Shown: positions 9,772-19,881 of the stretch, in pieces
How the letters are laid out: each line of letters opens with the position of its first letter
How positions within the stretch are numbered: the first letter of the stretch is position 1
IMG/VR virus record: IMGVR_UViG_3300036786_000080
Span: 1-45,916 of that record
DNA length: 45,916 nucleotides
Direction: 5' to 3' (one strand)
DNA from: a virus
Lineage: Duplodnaviria > Caudoviricetes
Position numbers and translations under genes: made by a program
Notes under the pieces: generated by a model
Told to the model about the DNA's origin: nothing
The model's database searches: none
The model's input: the letters and a program-made list of their open reading frames with translations, nothing else

Positions 9772-10143
9772 ATGCCAGTAAAGCAAAACGTGTATGCGAA
9801 CGTGAGGCTGGAAGATTCTGATCTGGATTACCTCTGGGTTCGGGCGTGGAACAGCGGAGGGAAGATCAACGGCATGGTCGACCTGGGCGACATGGCCGGG
9901 AAGCACAATTTCAGCGGGATCCCGACGAAGGTGACGATCGCTCCGGACGGCAGCACTGGCCAGGTCGAGGCGGTGGGCGTTTACGTGGCGGACGCTCCGC
10001 ATGGCGGCGTTCCGGTCGCTGCGACCGTGCTCCTGAATCTCCAGGCGGGCAGTCAGCTCTCGTTTGAGGTGCAGAAGCTCGGGCTGGATGTGTGGCAGGA
10101 GTCGAATGTGGCTTATCCTGCTGGGAGCGTGCTTTTCTATTAG
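9772..10143 (+). CDS. hypothetical protein
   Basis: AAGGAGG RBS upstream; last gene before terminator. Confidence 0.55.
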   Translation: MPVKQNVYANVRLEDSDLDYLWVRAWNSGGKINGMVDLGDMAGKHNFSGIPTKVTIAPDGSTGQVEAVGVYVADAPHGGVPVAATVLLNLQAGSQLSFEVQKLGLDVWQESNVAYPAGSVLFY

Positions 10144-10182
10144 TTTGAATGGGATTCATGGGAATCATGTGAATTATGGTCA

Positions 10183-10217
10183 GGACCGGAGGGGCGACTC
10201 TCTGGTCCGGGCTTTTT
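10183..10217 (+). terminator. intrinsic terminator ending late/lysis transcription
   Basis: GGACCGGAGGG-GCGA-CTCTCTGGTCC then T5, between convergent operons. Confidence 0.7.
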
Positions 10218-10229
10218 GTTGTTTGGGGT

Positions 10230-10583
10230 TTACCCGAGGCGCGATCTATGGAGGCGCGCCATTGACTCCAGCACTTTTGCATATTCTCGGCAGCGGGTTC
10301 CGACACGGCCCATGAAGAGCGGCAGAACTTCCAGCGCCGCTCTCGCGATATTGCGCCAATCCTCCCTGCCCTCGTCGCTCAGAGACCTCCATGGCGCCTG
10401 CGATCTGAAAGCCGACCTCTCGTACAGATTCTGCGCGATCCACTCGATATCGCTCTGTTCACTATTGCCCTCCAGCGTGCCGGCAAGGTTGAAGATTTTG
10501 CAATAGAGAGAGCCGGCAACCATGGCCGCTGCGTCCTGACCGACAGACTCAAGCGCTTTATCCAGCATCGATTCTTGGCTCAC
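10230..10583 (-). CDS. hypothetical protein
   Basis: End of leftward operon, GGAGG RBS. Confidence 0.55.
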   Translation of the reverse strand: MSQESMLDKALESVGQDAAAMVAGSLYCKIFNLAGTLEGNSEQSDIEWIAQNLYERSAFRSQAPWRSLSDEGREDWRNIARAALEVLPLFMGRVGTRCREYAKVLESMARLHRSRLG

Positions 10584-10725
10584 GATCCTCCCTCTCTTTC
10601 CTTTCCTTCAGAAACTCGCGCTCGATTTCAGCCAGATCCTTGCGAGCGGCTTCGCATTTCTCGCACTTTCCCAGCCCAAGTTTGACCTTGCAGGCACTGC
10701 ATAGTCCGGCCCGGTAGAAAAGCAT
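10558..10725 (-). CDS. small CxxC...CxxC protein
   Basis: MLFYRAGLCSACKVKLGLGKCEKC; TGATG coupling to upstream gene. Confidence 0.5.
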   Translation of the reverse strand: MLFYRAGLCSACKVKLGLGKCEKCEAARKDLAEIEREFLKERKEREDREPRIDAG

Positions 10726-10955
10726 CAGCCTACTTCCTTTCGCAACTCGACGGCGATCGCCGTGAGAAAATCGGCGACGATGTTTGTGTCCAAGTCCTCT
10801 AGCAGGCAGACCATGGGCTGACCGGCATTGATGCCCGTCTGAGTTACGGCGACGAGGCAGATCGGGGCTGCGCCGGCGTCGAGGCAGCGCTTCTTCCATC
10901 GTTTGACGAGCCGATCTTCTACGGCTTCGGCAACTTGTTGCTTTGTCATTGGCAT
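10725..10955 (-). CDS. hypothetical protein
   Basis: TAATG coupling to upstream gene. Confidence 0.55.
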   Translation of the reverse strand: MPMTKQQVAEAVEDRLVKRWKKRCLDAGAAPICLVAVTQTGINAGQPMVCLLEDLDTNIVADFLTAIAVELRKEVG

Positions 10956-11434
10956 TAGGGTTCGATGCTCCTTTGGGGGCACGGCAGTAGGGCGGGCATT
11001 TTGCCGCTTTGATACATCTCTCGGATTTGCGGCGCCGCCCATTCGCCGACTGTGGTTCCGTCCGTCATCACTGTGTGAGCGAGGAACTCTTGCTCGACGG
11101 TGCTAATGCCGGCGGCGACGGCTTCGAGTTTTGCTTTGATGACCAGGCCCAGGGCGCGCCAGGATTGGCGGAGAGCCTGGTCGTAGGCCGCTTGCGCCTG
11201 GAGGTCTGTGCGCTGCTTGCCTGTGTCGGTCAGGACGAAGCGATCATCGGCTCGGTCCGGCAGCAGCATCTCGATCCGGACCAGCAGGCCTTCGATGCGG
11301 AAGCCGATGGTGGCTTTGCGCTGGGTCCATCCGGAGTAGAACTGGTCGGCGCCGTATCGGGCGAGCGTTTCCTCGATCTCGGCTTTACTGCGAGAGACCG
11401 GCACTTCGGTTTGTGCGGCATATCTACCGGCCAT
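10955..11434 (-). CDS. conserved phage hypothetical protein
   Basis: 'TEVPVSRSKAEIEETLARYGA...WRALGLVIKAKLEAV...EFLAH' resembles a recurrent phage family. Confidence 0.7.
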   Translation of the reverse strand: MAGRYAAQTEVPVSRSKAEIEETLARYGADQFYSGWTQRKATIGFRIEGLLVRIEMLLPDRADDRFVLTDTGKQRTDLQAQAAYDQALRQSWRALGLVIKAKLEAVAAGISTVEQEFLAHTVMTDGTTVGEWAAPQIREMYQSGKMPALLPCPQRSIEP

Positions 11435-11882
11435 CGTCACCTGCTTTCTTGGGAAATGGATTGGCCAGTTCCTTGTTGAGCCAGGCGACGCGTTGGCCTA
11501 TGCCGAGGCCTGCCATGGGTACGAGGATGTGGCCTTCGCGCTGCTCTACTTCCCAGACTGCGGAGAAGTAGAGACCGCCGGCGAGCACTACGAAGCAGGT
11601 CGGCTCTTCTGCCTGGAGGCGCTTTAGCACGGGCCGGCAGCGGGCGCGCCATTCCGCCATCTGCTTGGCGTTGAAGTCTCGGAGGCTGAGGTTGTAGGGC
11701 TGGATCACGTCGGTTGGGTAAAGCACGCCATAAAAGGCCGAGAGAATGATCCAGTTCGTACAGAAACGCTCCGCGTACCGATGTGACAGGTGAAACAGAT
11801 CGCTGAAGTAAAGAAATTGCGCCTGCCCTTCCGGATAGGATAGTTTGCCTTTCGAGCAGCCGACGACGGCGATGGTCCTCAT
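11424..11882 (-). CDS. DUF6884-like protein
   Basis: 'VVGCSKGK...LYFSDLF...ILSAFYGVL...IQPYNLSL...GLGIGQR'. Confidence 0.7.
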   Translation of the reverse strand: MRTIAVVGCSKGKLSYPEGQAQFLYFSDLFHLSHRYAERFCTNWIILSAFYGVLYPTDVIQPYNLSLRDFNAKQMAEWRARCRPVLKRLQAEEPTCFVVLAGGLYFSAVWEVEQREGHILVPMAGLGIGQRVAWLNKELANPFPKKAGDDGR

Positions 11883-13693
11883 GCTGGCACCGCTTCTTTC
11901 GGGACCTCGTGCTGTTCCGCAATAACTTGCCTGTAACAATCGTCGCCGCCACAACACCAATACCAGCCCTCCGGTACAGCATCGCTGTCGTATTTGAGGA
12001 GCATTTCGCCGCGACAGTCGGGGCACACCTTTTCGGGGGCGGTGGTTTTGGTCGGATCGGATGGATCGGACAGATCGGACGAGTGGGACGCGTCGGACGA
12101 GCCGCGGATTATTTCCATGTGCCCGCACCCGCATGCGTAGATCGGAACGTTAGATGGATTCAGCTTGATTCGCATGAGGCCCTTGCACTTCGGGCAATCG
12201 CGATACGGTTCGGGGGTGGGTGCGGGAGGGGACGCGGTCCGCTGCAGGAATTCTTCGATCGATGGGGCGGTTTTCGCCGCGGCGTTGCGAAGATCGTGGA
12301 CCAGGCGCTCGATACCTTTCGGTTCGCCCCAGCTCCTTGCCGACTCCGCTTCGCTAAGGAGTTTGCATCCAGTGGCGAGTTTGAGCAGATCATGGAAAGA
12401 TAGGCGGCGCCGGTAACTTGGCGGACCATCTCCTGTGCCGATCATCTCCTTCACATCCGGACCGGCGCCTTGCTTCTTCGCGGAGATGTGAAGAGTCTCT
12501 GACACGGTTTTGACTGTCTTCTGGTTAACGGTGTAGTTGAACATATCATCGGTGACGTAGCCGACCAGTGCGGATTCTGTAGCTGCGGCGGGCAGGGTTT
12601 GCAGCAGCGAGACGGCTTCATCATAGAGCGCCTGGACTCTTGCTCCGCGTGCTTTCTCCTCAGCCCTGCGCACAGCGGAACACAGATCTGAATACCGCTT
12701 AGGATCCAAACAGATGCTAACAACGCGGCCATCATGCTCCTTGCCGACCGAGCGGCAACTGCAGGCATCCGAGCAGCCTTCTACCGCCTTTCTGTCGATC
12801 CTGGTGAAGGTGTCGTGTTTCATCGCTGAGAGCTGAAGCACCGCTTTCGGATCCGCTTTCGCCGCGGCAATCGCTTCGGCCGCGGCAGCCTTCTTTGCTT
12901 TCCTGGCTTCCTTCGTCAGTTGATCGTAATGGTCAGGTTTTAGGCAGTATTCGTAGTAATCGGCTTTGACGTAGGCCTTGAATGGGCACGCCTTACACAC
13001 GGACTGATCGAAGTCCGCGTCCCAACTCTTCAGCCTGACGGCGGCTTTCGCTTTGACCGCAACGTCGCCGATTTGATAGGCCAGCACCCTCTCGAGATCG
13101 TGCGTGGTGATCTTACGTTCGGTTACGTACGGGATGATTGCCTCAAGGAAGGCTGGGAAGGCGGAGTACTTGATGAGCGCCCGGGCGTGGGTGGCGCCGA
13201 GTTCGCCGCGCTGGACGACGGCGCGGACGGTCTCCGGCAGCTCGAGGAGGCGCATGGCGTTTGCGATCGAGGGCTGGGAGAGGTTGACCTTCTGGGCGAT
13301 CTGGGAGTAGGAGTAGCCCATTTTGCTCAGCTGAGCGTAGCCCATGGCCTGCTCGATGGCGTCGATATCGCGTCGGTGCAGGTTCTCGATGAGGGCTAGC
13401 TCGAGGTGCTGGGAGTCGGTGACGACGTCGGAGCGGATGATCGCTGGGATGGTCGTGAGGCCTGCGAGCTTGCAGGCCCGGTACCGGCGCTCGCCCATGA
13501 TGATTTCGTAGGAGTCGTCGGCGCCTTTGGCCCGGACGACGATGGGCTGCTGGAGTCCGTGCTCTTTGATGGAGTCGGCGAGCTCCTGGAGGGGCTCTTC
13601 GGCGAAGACTTTGCGGGGATTGAGCGGGGAGGCTGCGACCTGGTCGATTGGCAGGGCCTTGAACTCGCTCGTTTGTTGGGTAACATCACTCAT
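11879..13693 (-). CDS. ParB/RepB/Spo0J-family protein with long Cys-rich C-terminus
   Basis: 'NPRKVF', 'GLQQPIVVR', 'GERRYRA', 'LIENLHRRD', HTH. Confidence 0.9.
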   Translation of the reverse strand: MSDVTQQTSEFKALPIDQVAASPLNPRKVFAEEPLQELADSIKEHGLQQPIVVRAKGADDSYEIIMGERRYRACKLAGLTTIPAIIRSDVVTDSQHLELALIENLHRRDIDAIEQAMGYAQLSKMGYSYSQIAQKVNLSQPSIANAMRLLELPETVRAVVQRGELGATHARALIKYSAFPAFLEAIIPYVTERKITTHDLERVLAYQIGDVAVKAKAAVRLKSWDADFDQSVCKACPFKAYVKADYYEYCLKPDHYDQLTKEARKAKKAAAAEAIAAAKADPKAVLQLSAMKHDTFTRIDRKAVEGCSDACSCRSVGKEHDGRVVSICLDPKRYSDLCSAVRRAEEKARGARVQALYDEAVSLLQTLPAAATESALVGYVTDDMFNYTVNQKTVKTVSETLHISAKKQGAGPDVKEMIGTGDGPPSYRRRLSFHDLLKLATGCKLLSEAESARSWGEPKGIERLVHDLRNAAAKTAPSIEEFLQRTASPPAPTPEPYRDCPKCKGLMRIKLNPSNVPIYACGCGHMEIIRGSSDASHSSDLSDPSDPTKTTAPEKVCPDCRGEMLLKYDSDAVPEGWYWCCGGDDCYRQVIAEQHEVPKEAVPA

Positions 13694-13822
13694 GATCTGA
13701 CACTCCTTTCCAGTGTTGGATCGTGGCCGCCGCGCAAACGGCGGCCGGACTCTATCCGCAGATTACGCAGATTTGCGCAGACTAGGAGACAGTGGTCTCC
13801 TGGTTGGCTTCCTCACTCCTCT

Positions 13823-14272
13823 TCACAGTTCTTCCGCGCCCCTTTCCGATTCGTGTTGCAACCACTCCGACAGGTAGTAGAGGTCGCGCAGCACGGACAG
13901 GAATTCCACCGACGTGACGCTGCGGACCGTGCAGGCTGCGCGCATGGTGGCGGCTGTGTCGTACATTTTGCCGCGGAGCTGCCATTCGGCGGGCAGTTTG
14001 CCGTTGGCGTGGGATTCGAAGAGAGCGCTGTATCTGGCTCGCATGGCGGCAACAGACGGAGGCGAACCGATGTAGGCCTCGCGGCAGCGCTCTCGGCAAT
14101 CCCAGCATAGGCGGGCGCTGTCCGCGAGGTCCGCAGGATTGATGATGGACCAGCAGCGGAGGCAGGTTGCCGGCGGCTCTAATGCCTGGGAATCGTGGGA
14201 TTCGTGGGAGGTATGGGATTCTGGTTGGATCTGCCGAGAATCTTGTGTGACAGGCGCTGTTTCGGCGCTCAT
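13823..14272 (-). CDS. hypothetical protein with CxxC pairs
   Basis: AGGAG RBS; CLRC...CWDC. Confidence 0.55.
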   Translation of the reverse strand: MSAETAPVTQDSRQIQPESHTSHESHDSQALEPPATCLRCWSIINPADLADSARLCWDCRERCREAYIGSPPSVAAMRARYSALFESHANGKLPAEWQLRGKMYDTAATMRAACTVRSVTSVEFLSVLRDLYYLSEWLQHESERGAEEL

Positions 14273-14356
14273 TTTTGGCTCCTGCAGCCGGCTCTGATTG
14301 CGGCTGAAATGGGCATATGAAATATTTCCTACATATATAGGCTGAGAAACCTGCCC

Positions 14357-14727
14357 AAACTGACCATTTGGACCTTTGGGGCCGGTTTTGATCTCAGCGA
14401 CGTGTACTTTTAGTGCCTGAATTTGGTCAGTTCAGGCGTGAATTGCCAAATAAACTGACCACGTAAACTGACCATTTGCCGATTCGCGGCGATTCTGAGC
14501 GAATAATTCAGTGTGACCGGTCGGACAGGTTGGACCTTTCGGACGGGTTTATCGGCGCGCGATTCCGCGTGATTCCGCGCTTTTCGCGATGGCTAAATGG
14601 TCAGTTCATGTTTTTACCAAACTGACCATTTGGAAAGATAAACTGACCATTTTTGAGCGAGCGAGCAATAACTGTTTGAGATCAAAAACAGGGTCATAAA
14701 AGGGTAAATGGTTGGTTTGGTCAGTTT
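14357..14727. promoter_or_regulatory. putative replication origin with iteron-like repeats
   Basis: AAACTGACCA at 14357, 14452, 14465, 14619, 14640; reverse TGGTCAGTT at 14424, 14598, 14718; AT-richer non-coding gap next to primase-helicase. Confidence 0.75.
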
Positions 14728-14851
14728 GGACAGTAAACTCTAATATAGACCCCCTATATTTTTTTCATCCTCCAAATGCGCGGGCGCGCACGTAAGAGAT
14801 TGCGTACAGAAATAGGTGACCGATCGCCCGAAAATCGCCGCAGCCGGGCGC

Positions 14852-17533
14852 CTAGATGAGCTTCTCCCGGAAGAACCATAGAACTTCGGACCGCTGGCCG
14901 GCCAGCACTTTACGAACGGTGGTTGTGCCACGCACCGGATCGGTTGCGACCAGAACTCCGGCCTCTTTGCACCGCTTCCATAGAACCCGAGGGGTGAGCA
15001 TGACTCCTTCACCGCCCGCCTGCCCTATTCGGATTGCGACGTTGTACGCAGGGTCGGGGAGGATATAGACATACTCCTCTGTGATCCAGCCGAGCCGGTC
15101 GCCATCGGACACCCAGATGTAATCGCCCGACCTGTCCTGCCGCTTTTGCCACCCGCAGGCCATGGCCACTTCGGGATCTAAGGGCTGCACGCCGGTCTCG
15201 TCGACGAGATGAGCTTTGCCACTCAGGAGCGCAGTACGGAGCAGCTCAACAAAGCGATTGGCCGGCTCCTGATCATTTAAGAATTGCTGCTGTTCCATAC
15301 CCGCCCTCCACAACGAGTTCCAACTCCGCTCTTCGATCTGCATCCGCTCCTGACCGGTGAGCGCGCCGGCGTCGTGCGCGAATTGGTAGAACATCTCGCT
15401 GGCTGCGATGAGCTGCGAGATGATATCGGGCATGCGGGCGAGGTCGCCGGTACCGTTCTGTTTGAGGATGAGCGCCGCGCGTTCTTTGAAGGCCTGTCGT
15501 TTTGCGGGCAGATCGGAGGCGAGCCAGGCGAGGTAGGCGGTCATTGCTGTTGCATAGAGACCGTCCGCGGCGTGCTTCTGACAGACGCAGAGTCGATCGA
15601 TATCGACGTCGCCCTTCACCATCTCCAGGATGACCATGCGGGCTCTCAGCGATTCGCCGGGCGGGAGATCTTCGGCGGTGGCGACGATGAGACCGCGCGG
15701 CGGATGTTCGTTGCGGAGGCCTCCCTCGGCTCGCATCCTCCCCCTTCCCGCCCCATTCCCCTGCGCACGCAATACGGTCTCCGCTTTTTCCTGGAGTTTG
15801 AGGGCTTCCAGCGGCGTTTTCGCCACGTAGTCGTCGAGAACGACCAGCGCGTCCTTTGCCTGGAAGGCGGTCTCCATGAGGGCGTTGCCGGTGGATTTCC
15901 ATGCGCCGGGCAGCCGGCGGTTGTTCCATTCGGATCCGAAGTGCGCTTGAGCGAGCGCGGCCAGGCTGGATTTGCCGGACTGCGTGCGGCCGGCGATCCA
16001 GATTGCGAAATCCGAGACATCGAGGATGGAGCGCCAGATGGAAGCATAGAGAGGAAACATGAGGAGCGGCTTCTCGGAGACTTCGATCAGATCGAGGGAG
16101 GCGCGGACTGCTTTGATGACCTCTTCCGGATCCTGGGAAGGCGCCGGCAGCTTGTAGTTCACGAGGCTGCCATCGAGCTTGACACTGACGTCCTGCTCCA
16201 GATCCGCGCCGACTGCGCCGTCGCAGTGGAGGTAGACCCACTTGTCGCCGACCTCTCGCCAGCCGGTGTGACCGTAAATGTATTTCAGGGGCGCGCGGCC
16301 GCTGAGAACCTGGATGGCGTGGCGGGTGCGGTCCTTGATCGAGCTGCCGGGCTGCATCCACGCGCTGCTGTCGATCTCGTCGAGGACCCAGTCCATCTGG
16401 GTAAAGGCTTTGCCCTCGAGGGCGAATTGGTATGTCTGTTTGTTGAAGGTTGCCTTGAGAGCGAGGGTCTTCTTGACGTCGGCGCCATTGTCCTCGATGG
16501 TCTGTGCGACGATGCGCGCGGTGAAGTTGGCGAGATGCTGCCGGACCTGACCGTCGCGCGCCTGGCGGTTCCACCAGAGCCAGCCCTCGTGCTCGAAGTA
16601 GATTTCAGTCTTTTCCAGGTCCAGCTCGAGGGTTGCTTGTTCCGAGTTCTGGGTTCCGAGTTCCGGGTCGGACGGATCTGGAGGTTCCCACTCTGGCGCG
16701 GCTTCTGCGAGCTGCATGAGCTGCTCCGCGGTACAGCCGGCGTCTAGCCAGTCGGAGACATCGCCGTGATCCGGCAGATTTGGCAGGTTTATGACACACA
16801 CTTTGGCCACAATGCCCATCAGCTCTTCGCCGACGAGATCGCGGTGCTTTCGGCCTGGTTCGTCGTTGTCCGGGATGAGGTAGACATGCGCGCCTCTGAG
16901 CTGGTGGGTATATTCGGGATCCCACTTGTTGGCGCCCATGGGGTTGCAAGTGGCGGCCAGGCCGAGCGCCTGGAGGCGATGGACGTCCTTCTCGCCTTCG
17001 CACAGGAAGATGCGCTCTCGAGCCTCGATGGCTCGGATGAGCGCGGGGAGCTGGTAGAGGACGCGGCGGACGCCCTTGAGAGTCCAGACCCAACCGCCGG
17101 CGCCGTCCGGCTGGCGCTGGCGGAAGTCCTTGGGTTCGAAGCGGAGGCACTGGTAGAGGAGCTTGCCATCTTCGTCAGTGTAGTTGTAGGTGGCGACGAT
17201 CTGGCCGAGCTCGCGCTTTGGGGCGGTGAATTTGGGGACGGTTTCAGAGTTCCGCGTTCTGGGTTCCAAGTTCCGTGTTGCAGGGGACGTGCCCTGCTGG
17301 TCTTTGGGAGGAAAGAGGTCGGCGGGCGTTAGCTGGATGGCGCTGCAGATGGCTTCCAGCGCGCAGCCGGCGAAGCAGTGGAGGAGCACTGCGCTGTTGT
17401 CACCGATGCCGATGCTGAGCGATTCTTTACGAGCTTCGTGGGCCGGGCATTGGGCTTCATATTTGTCTGTGCCGGTCGGTCGGACCTTGTCGAGACGTTC
17501 CAGGACGCGGAGTAGATAGTCGGGTGTGTTCAT
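14852..17533 (-). CDS. DNA primase-helicase (Zn-finger, TOPRIM, DUF927-like P-loop domain)
   Basis: 'CPAH...HCFAGC', 'CEGEKD', 'PDNDEPG', Walker A 'GRTQSGKS', Walker B 'VVLDD'. Confidence 0.9.
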   Translation of the reverse strand: MNTPDYLLRVLERLDKVRPTGTDKYEAQCPAHEARKESLSIGIGDNSAVLLHCFAGCALEAICSAIQLTPADLFPPKDQQGTSPATRNLEPRTRNSETVPKFTAPKRELGQIVATYNYTDEDGKLLYQCLRFEPKDFRQRQPDGAGGWVWTLKGVRRVLYQLPALIRAIEARERIFLCEGEKDVHRLQALGLAATCNPMGANKWDPEYTHQLRGAHVYLIPDNDEPGRKHRDLVGEELMGIVAKVCVINLPNLPDHGDVSDWLDAGCTAEQLMQLAEAAPEWEPPDPSDPELGTQNSEQATLELDLEKTEIYFEHEGWLWWNRQARDGQVRQHLANFTARIVAQTIEDNGADVKKTLALKATFNKQTYQFALEGKAFTQMDWVLDEIDSSAWMQPGSSIKDRTRHAIQVLSGRAPLKYIYGHTGWREVGDKWVYLHCDGAVGADLEQDVSVKLDGSLVNYKLPAPSQDPEEVIKAVRASLDLIEVSEKPLLMFPLYASIWRSILDVSDFAIWIAGRTQSGKSSLAALAQAHFGSEWNNRRLPGAWKSTGNALMETAFQAKDALVVLDDYVAKTPLEALKLQEKAETVLRAQGNGAGRGRMRAEGGLRNEHPPRGLIVATAEDLPPGESLRARMVILEMVKGDVDIDRLCVCQKHAADGLYATAMTAYLAWLASDLPAKRQAFKERAALILKQNGTGDLARMPDIISQLIAASEMFYQFAHDAGALTGQERMQIEERSWNSLWRAGMEQQQFLNDQEPANRFVELLRTALLSGKAHLVDETGVQPLDPEVAMACGWQKRQDRSGDYIWVSDGDRLGWITEEYVYILPDPAYNVAIRIGQAGGEGVMLTPRVLWKRCKEAGVLVATDPVRGTTTVRKVLAGQRSEVLWFFREKLI

Positions 17534-17663
17534 CGGTTGTCTTCTCCGCTGTGGCTCATTGCCTTGTACTCCTTGTCGATTGGGTGTTGAAAGTCCGGGC
17601 CAGTAGTGGGCCCGGACGGGATGGGAATGATGGGACGAGCACGGGAAGGGACAAGCCCCTGCC

Positions 17664-17969
17664 CTACGGTTGTTCGGTCGGCGTGCCCAGCGCTACGTTC
17701 AGGCCGGTTTCTGCTCCCGCGATGATGGTTACGTCGACCACGGCCGTGTCGACTGTATCCGACACGGTGACCTGGGCATTGCCGAGCGGTCCGACCGCGG
17801 CCGCGGTTGCCGTGCCATCGCCGTTATCTGTGACGGCGAGCAGGCTGGTGTCACTGGAAGCGAAGGAGACCGGCCCGGCCAGGGGCGTGGGGTTTCCTCG
17901 CTTATCGGCGCCGGTGACTGGCCCGAGGCTGAACTGCTGTGAATCTGAGATGGTGATTGTCTGTCCCAT
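17664..17969 (-). CDS. Ig-like (Big_2-type) domain protein; start may be upstream (to 18152)
   Basis: 'DKRGNP...VSFASSDTSLLAV...TATAAAVGPLGNAQVTV'. Confidence 0.6.
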   Translation of the reverse strand: MGQTITISDSQQFSLGPVTGADKRGNPTPLAGPVSFASSDTSLLAVTDNGDGTATAAAVGPLGNAQVTVSDTVDTAVVDVTIIAGAETGLNVALGTPTEQP

Positions 17970-18444
17970 GGGAAGAGATGCTCCTTCTTGTTCGCGGAAT
18001 GGTCCCAGGGGGACCTGAAGACGTTTGCGTTTACGGCGATGCTTGAATTCGATGCGGACCTCTATGCCTGCGATCACCTCCTGCTCCTCTCTCGGAGTGT
18101 CCTGAAAATTCCGATCGGACGGATTCGGCATACCGTCCGATCGGGTGCCCACGGAGGGCTATCTCACGCCACGAAGGAGGGGGTTGAGTGCCCTCCGTGA
18201 AACCGACACCTCACCCCCGGCCCCTCTCCTGCGAGGAGAGGGGTGACTAGGAACAAACCTCTGTCCTCCCGCGGGAAGGATGGTACGATATCGGCTTCAC
18301 GGAAGGGCCGGGGCGCTCTCTCTGCGCTCTCCAACACGGAGAGGGGGCGACCCAGCAGCTTCCCTTCGCGCGGTTCGCGGCCGCACGGCCTTACAGATGG
18401 AATGGAAAATATGGGAATCATGGGAATCATGATTCCCATGGCGC

Positions 18445-18699
18445 TTACTTGTGGACCATGATGACGATGGCGGCGGCCAGGGCGAGCATGGCGATGCCGC
18501 AGAAGACGACCGCCCGGCTCCATTTGCCGGCGGCGTCGAAGCCGTGCTGCCAGCCTGTATCGTAGTCGCCGTTTTCGGCGTCGGCGAGGGTGCCGAGCTG
18601 GGCGGGCGGCGTGTGAATGATGGGAGTAAGTTTCGTATGGCCGCGCTCGTTTGGCGTGGCCTGGATGCGGTATTTGGTCTTTGGAGTTTCGGATTGCAT
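18445..18699 (-). CDS. hypothetical protein with C-terminal TM helix
   Basis: GGAGG RBS; hydrophobic C-terminus. Confidence 0.55.
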   Translation of the reverse strand: MQSETPKTKYRIQATPNERGHTKLTPIIHTPPAQLGTLADAENGDYDTGWQHGFDAAGKWSRAVVFCGIAMLALAAAIVIMVHK

Positions 18700-18730
18700 G
18701 TGCTTGTCCTCCGGAGGCTGACGGCCTCCA

Positions 18731-19030
18731 CTATTTGCCCTGTAGGGCTTTGATCTGCCTTGCGATTGCGAAACTGATAGCGCGGGCATCGCGCTGGAGC
18801 GAGACGATCTCCGGGTCGGTCGATTGGATCTTGAGCAGCGCTCGCGAGAGATCGTAGAGCGCTGCTCGCTGGGTATCGAGAGCCGCGTTGCCGATGGCTT
18901 CTCGGGCGTGCGGCCCGGTGAGCCAGTGTGTGGCAAGCGCGCCGCCGGTTGGATTCGCCGCCGTCTTGATGAGTATGGTTTTGCCGTCCGGAGCGCGGAC
19001 TGCGGTGAGATCGCCGCGTGTGAATGCCAT
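18731..19030 (-). CDS. hypothetical protein
   Basis: Packed in leftward operon. Confidence 0.55.
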   Translation of the reverse strand: MAFTRGDLTAVRAPDGKTILIKTAANPTGGALATHWLTGPHAREAIGNAALDTQRAALYDLSRALLKIQSTDPEIVSLQRDARAISFAIARQIKALQGK

Positions 19031-19032
19031 GG

Positions 19033-19377
19033 CTACTCATTTCCCAGGAAATCATCGATGGACATTTGGCGAATACCCCCCCCTTGTGCTCGCTCGGCGG
19101 GCGTGAGACGTCGTACGAATTGCAGTGCATACCAGTTTCCCTCGAGGATGCGGGCTTCGAGCTCCGGCCGCTTGTGCGCCGGGCAGATGGCTCGGCAGGC
19201 GTCGAGGTAGGGCTTGAGCATGGCCTTCAGTTCAGCGCCACTGATGTAGCCGCGTCCATCGCGCGACCGCATTCTTTCCCACAGGCATTCAGGGCAGGGT
19301 TGGCCAGGTGCTACGAGATCGTGACTGCAGCAGGACAGGCCGGGAGCCATGGGAAGGGTGGGAGACATAGGAATCAT
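19033..19377 (-). CDS. hypothetical protein
   Basis: ATGA overlap with upstream gene. Confidence 0.5.
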   Translation of the reverse strand: MIPMSPTLPMAPGLSCCSHDLVAPGQPCPECLWERMRSRDGRGYISGAELKAMLKPYLDACRAICPAHKRPELEARILEGNWYALQFVRRLTPAERAQGGGIRQMSIDDFLGNE

Positions 19378-19826
19378 GCGGTGTCTCCATCGGTCCGGAT
19401 GAAGTTGTTGCCGATGGGATCCCAGTCGATGAATGTGCATTTGGCGTCGAGGAGCTGGGCGCCGAACGGGACGGCGAACAGCCCGGGTATCAGATCGTAG
19501 TGGGCCGCGCGCAGCCATCGGATGACGTGGATGAGGTACTCCATGCTGAGGTCCTCGATCTCCTGGGCCATGATGGTTGTGATGGGCAGGAGCGGGATTC
19601 GGCAATAGTGGAGAACTCCGTCCGCGGCTCGCTGCTGGACGGTGATGGTCCAGGCTTCGATCTCGCTGCCGTTCTCGGCGACCAGACGCGGTTCGGGCTG
19701 CATGTAGATGTAGGCGAGTCCGAGGGGAGTGGCGGCTCGCGCCCATTCGATCAGATCGCCGTATCCTACGAGGCCTGTGATGCGTGGGGGTTGCTTGATA
19801 GGTACCGGTTGGGGTACAGTTTGCAT
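19374..19826 (-). CDS. hypothetical protein
   Basis: AAGGAG RBS. Confidence 0.6.
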   Translation of the reverse strand: MQTVPQPVPIKQPPRITGLVGYGDLIEWARAATPLGLAYIYMQPEPRLVAENGSEIEAWTITVQQRAADGVLHYCRIPLLPITTIMAQEIEDLSMEYLIHVIRWLRAAHYDLIPGLFAVPFGAQLLDAKCTFIDWDPIGNNFIRTDGDTA

Positions 19827-19881
19827 GCGACGACTCCTTATGTGGCTCGGGGATGTGTAACGGCATTCCCGAGCCGTTGTG

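Noticed and set aside
11879-13693. Plasmid-prophage ParABS partition system
   Set aside because: No ParA or recognisable parS; integrase and attP are present
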